A stretch of 64,000 nt of DNA, from positions 634,097-698,096 of the forward strand of contig NMRA01000096.1 of NCBI GenBank assembly GCA_002633005.1, given 5' to 3'. The notes below the pieces were generated by a model that saw only the letters and a list, made by a program, of their open reading frames with translations, was not told where the DNA came from and made no database searches. The number at the start of each line of letters is the position of its first letter. Within the stretch, counting starts at the first letter, position 1. This DNA comes from Phoronis australis (lineage: Eukaryota > Animalia > Phoronida). The position numbers were made by a program, and so were the translations under genes. Positions 62,600 through 64,000 of this stretch are shown here, one piece after another.

Positions 62600-63510
62600 G
62601 ACTGAATCTTCCCAACACACTTTACAGCAATCAACCACCACCACCAACAACCTTAAATCTATTTCAGACTGGTTTTCCGGGAACAAACTTTCAATTAAAA
62701 CATCAAAAAGTAAATTAATGATCTTCTACTACCCCCAAAAGAAAATAGAAAAATGTATTATTCCCACCATTTATATAAATAGCAAAAAATATGTCATGTG
62801 AACAGTTTTCCTTTCCTTTGTATTACTGTTGACAAAAACCTCTCATGGTCCTCCCACATTAACCTCATCTCAAACAAACTTAACAGTCTCGGTGGACTCT
62901 TATACAAATTGAAATCTTATCTTCCTCTTCCAGTTCTCAAGTTAATATATAATTCACTTGTCCTCCCACATTTTAAACTATGGCATTGCAACTTGGGGTT
63001 TTGGCAACACTAAGAAGCTTCATACAGCCCAGAAAAGAATCCTTAGGAATATATCAAATTCCAGTTATAATGCTCACTCTCTGCCCATATGTAAGGAACT
63101 TCGCCTCCCTCTACTTCAAGACATCTTTAAAATCTCAACTGCAAAATTTTACTACAAATTCCTCAATAATCAGCTTCCTAAGTATTTTTACACTAACAAC
63201 TTCTTTAGTAAAACCATCCAATATAAACCAACCAGACATATTAAAACTCATACATGCCTGAATCAATACTCAGCTGCTATTCCGACAATACAACCCAAAC
63301 TTTTAATTCCTCCGACCAACAAATTGCCATCAAGAGCCTGTATTAGATTTCAGACTTATAAACAACAACGAAATACCAGTCTCTGCTCTAAATATAATAA
63401 AAACACAGTTTTTGAAGCATTCTCCAGGTTATTAACCAATTTTATTATTAGCAACTACAATCCAGTTTGTCATATTTCCAATTGCTTCATATGTAACAGT
63501 ATCTAATTGT
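62600..63510 (+). mobile_element. 3' portion of a CR1/L2-group LINE, frameshifted
   Basis: DWFSGNKLSI.TSKSKLMIF, FL.ITVDKNLSWSSHI, LIYNSLVLPH, YGIATWG, QKRILRNIS.SSYNAHSLP, and terminal CHISNCFIC. Confidence 0.85.
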
Positions 63511-63599
63511 ATTCTCAAAATCTCCTGAGCTGTGCCAGTCTACTTCTTGGTTCCTGGCGTGTCGGTCGTTTTCAGCACTAATTCACTTTGTTTTTTTAA

Positions 63600-64000
63600 A
63601 GTCCTTCTCTAACGCGTTGTTAACCCTTATTACATGGTTAGAAGATGTTATAAGGATCCAAGAAGTACCTACCCCATAACTAATACACGATCCGTACTCG
63701 AACACAGTTTAAATGAACGCGCCAACTCACGATTCGCAGCCGAAGAAACACCGCCATTTTGAACTTGCCGCGAATCCGGAAGTACAATTCATTCAGGAAC
63801 CCAGGCCGAGAAAACGCCGTCAGTGCGACTGGAGCAGTGCCTGTACTGTTACCAGCCAGCAAACGGGGATAAAAAATCGACAGCGCGCCTTAATTTTGAT
63901 AAAATCAAACTACGGACAATTTTATGGAATATGCTGAAGAAATGTGGCGAATAAATTTTGACAGAAATTATTTTGCCAGACTCGGGACCGCAGCCTATCG
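63600..64000. mobile_element. Second, inverted copy of the 45699-47350 element, running off the window end
   Basis: ttaa|agtccttctct, then the reverse complement of about 46960-47350. Confidence 0.85.

Overview
AT-rich, transposon-dense eukaryotic genomic window, most likely from an invertebrate animal (spliceosomal GT-AG introns, metazoan gene families). The first 15 kb holds three housekeeping genes: a C14orf119 homolog (apparently duplicated only by a haplotype overlap at the N at 2466), SRP14 (5 coding exons, minus) and SAE1/Aos1 (9 coding exons, plus). SRP14 and SAE1 are head-to-head with ATGs about 140 bp apart. The most notable feature is a cluster of four long, intact, intronless genes. 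Three encode ADAM10/Kuzbanian-like membrane sheddases, each with a CUE-like cytoplasmic tail. The fourth encodes a nardilysin (M16A), a known ADAM sheddase activator in mammals, and lies tail-to-tail 80 bp from the third ADAM with overlapping poly(A) signals. This looks like a retrogene-derived protease-plus-activator module (inference). The rest is decayed mobile DNA: LINE RT remnants, Penelope-like GIY-YIG fragments, an Academ transposon, several TTAA-TSD Kolobok-like elements, MITEs and a Gypsy integrase fragment. All calls are by eye from the sequence; no database searches were run.
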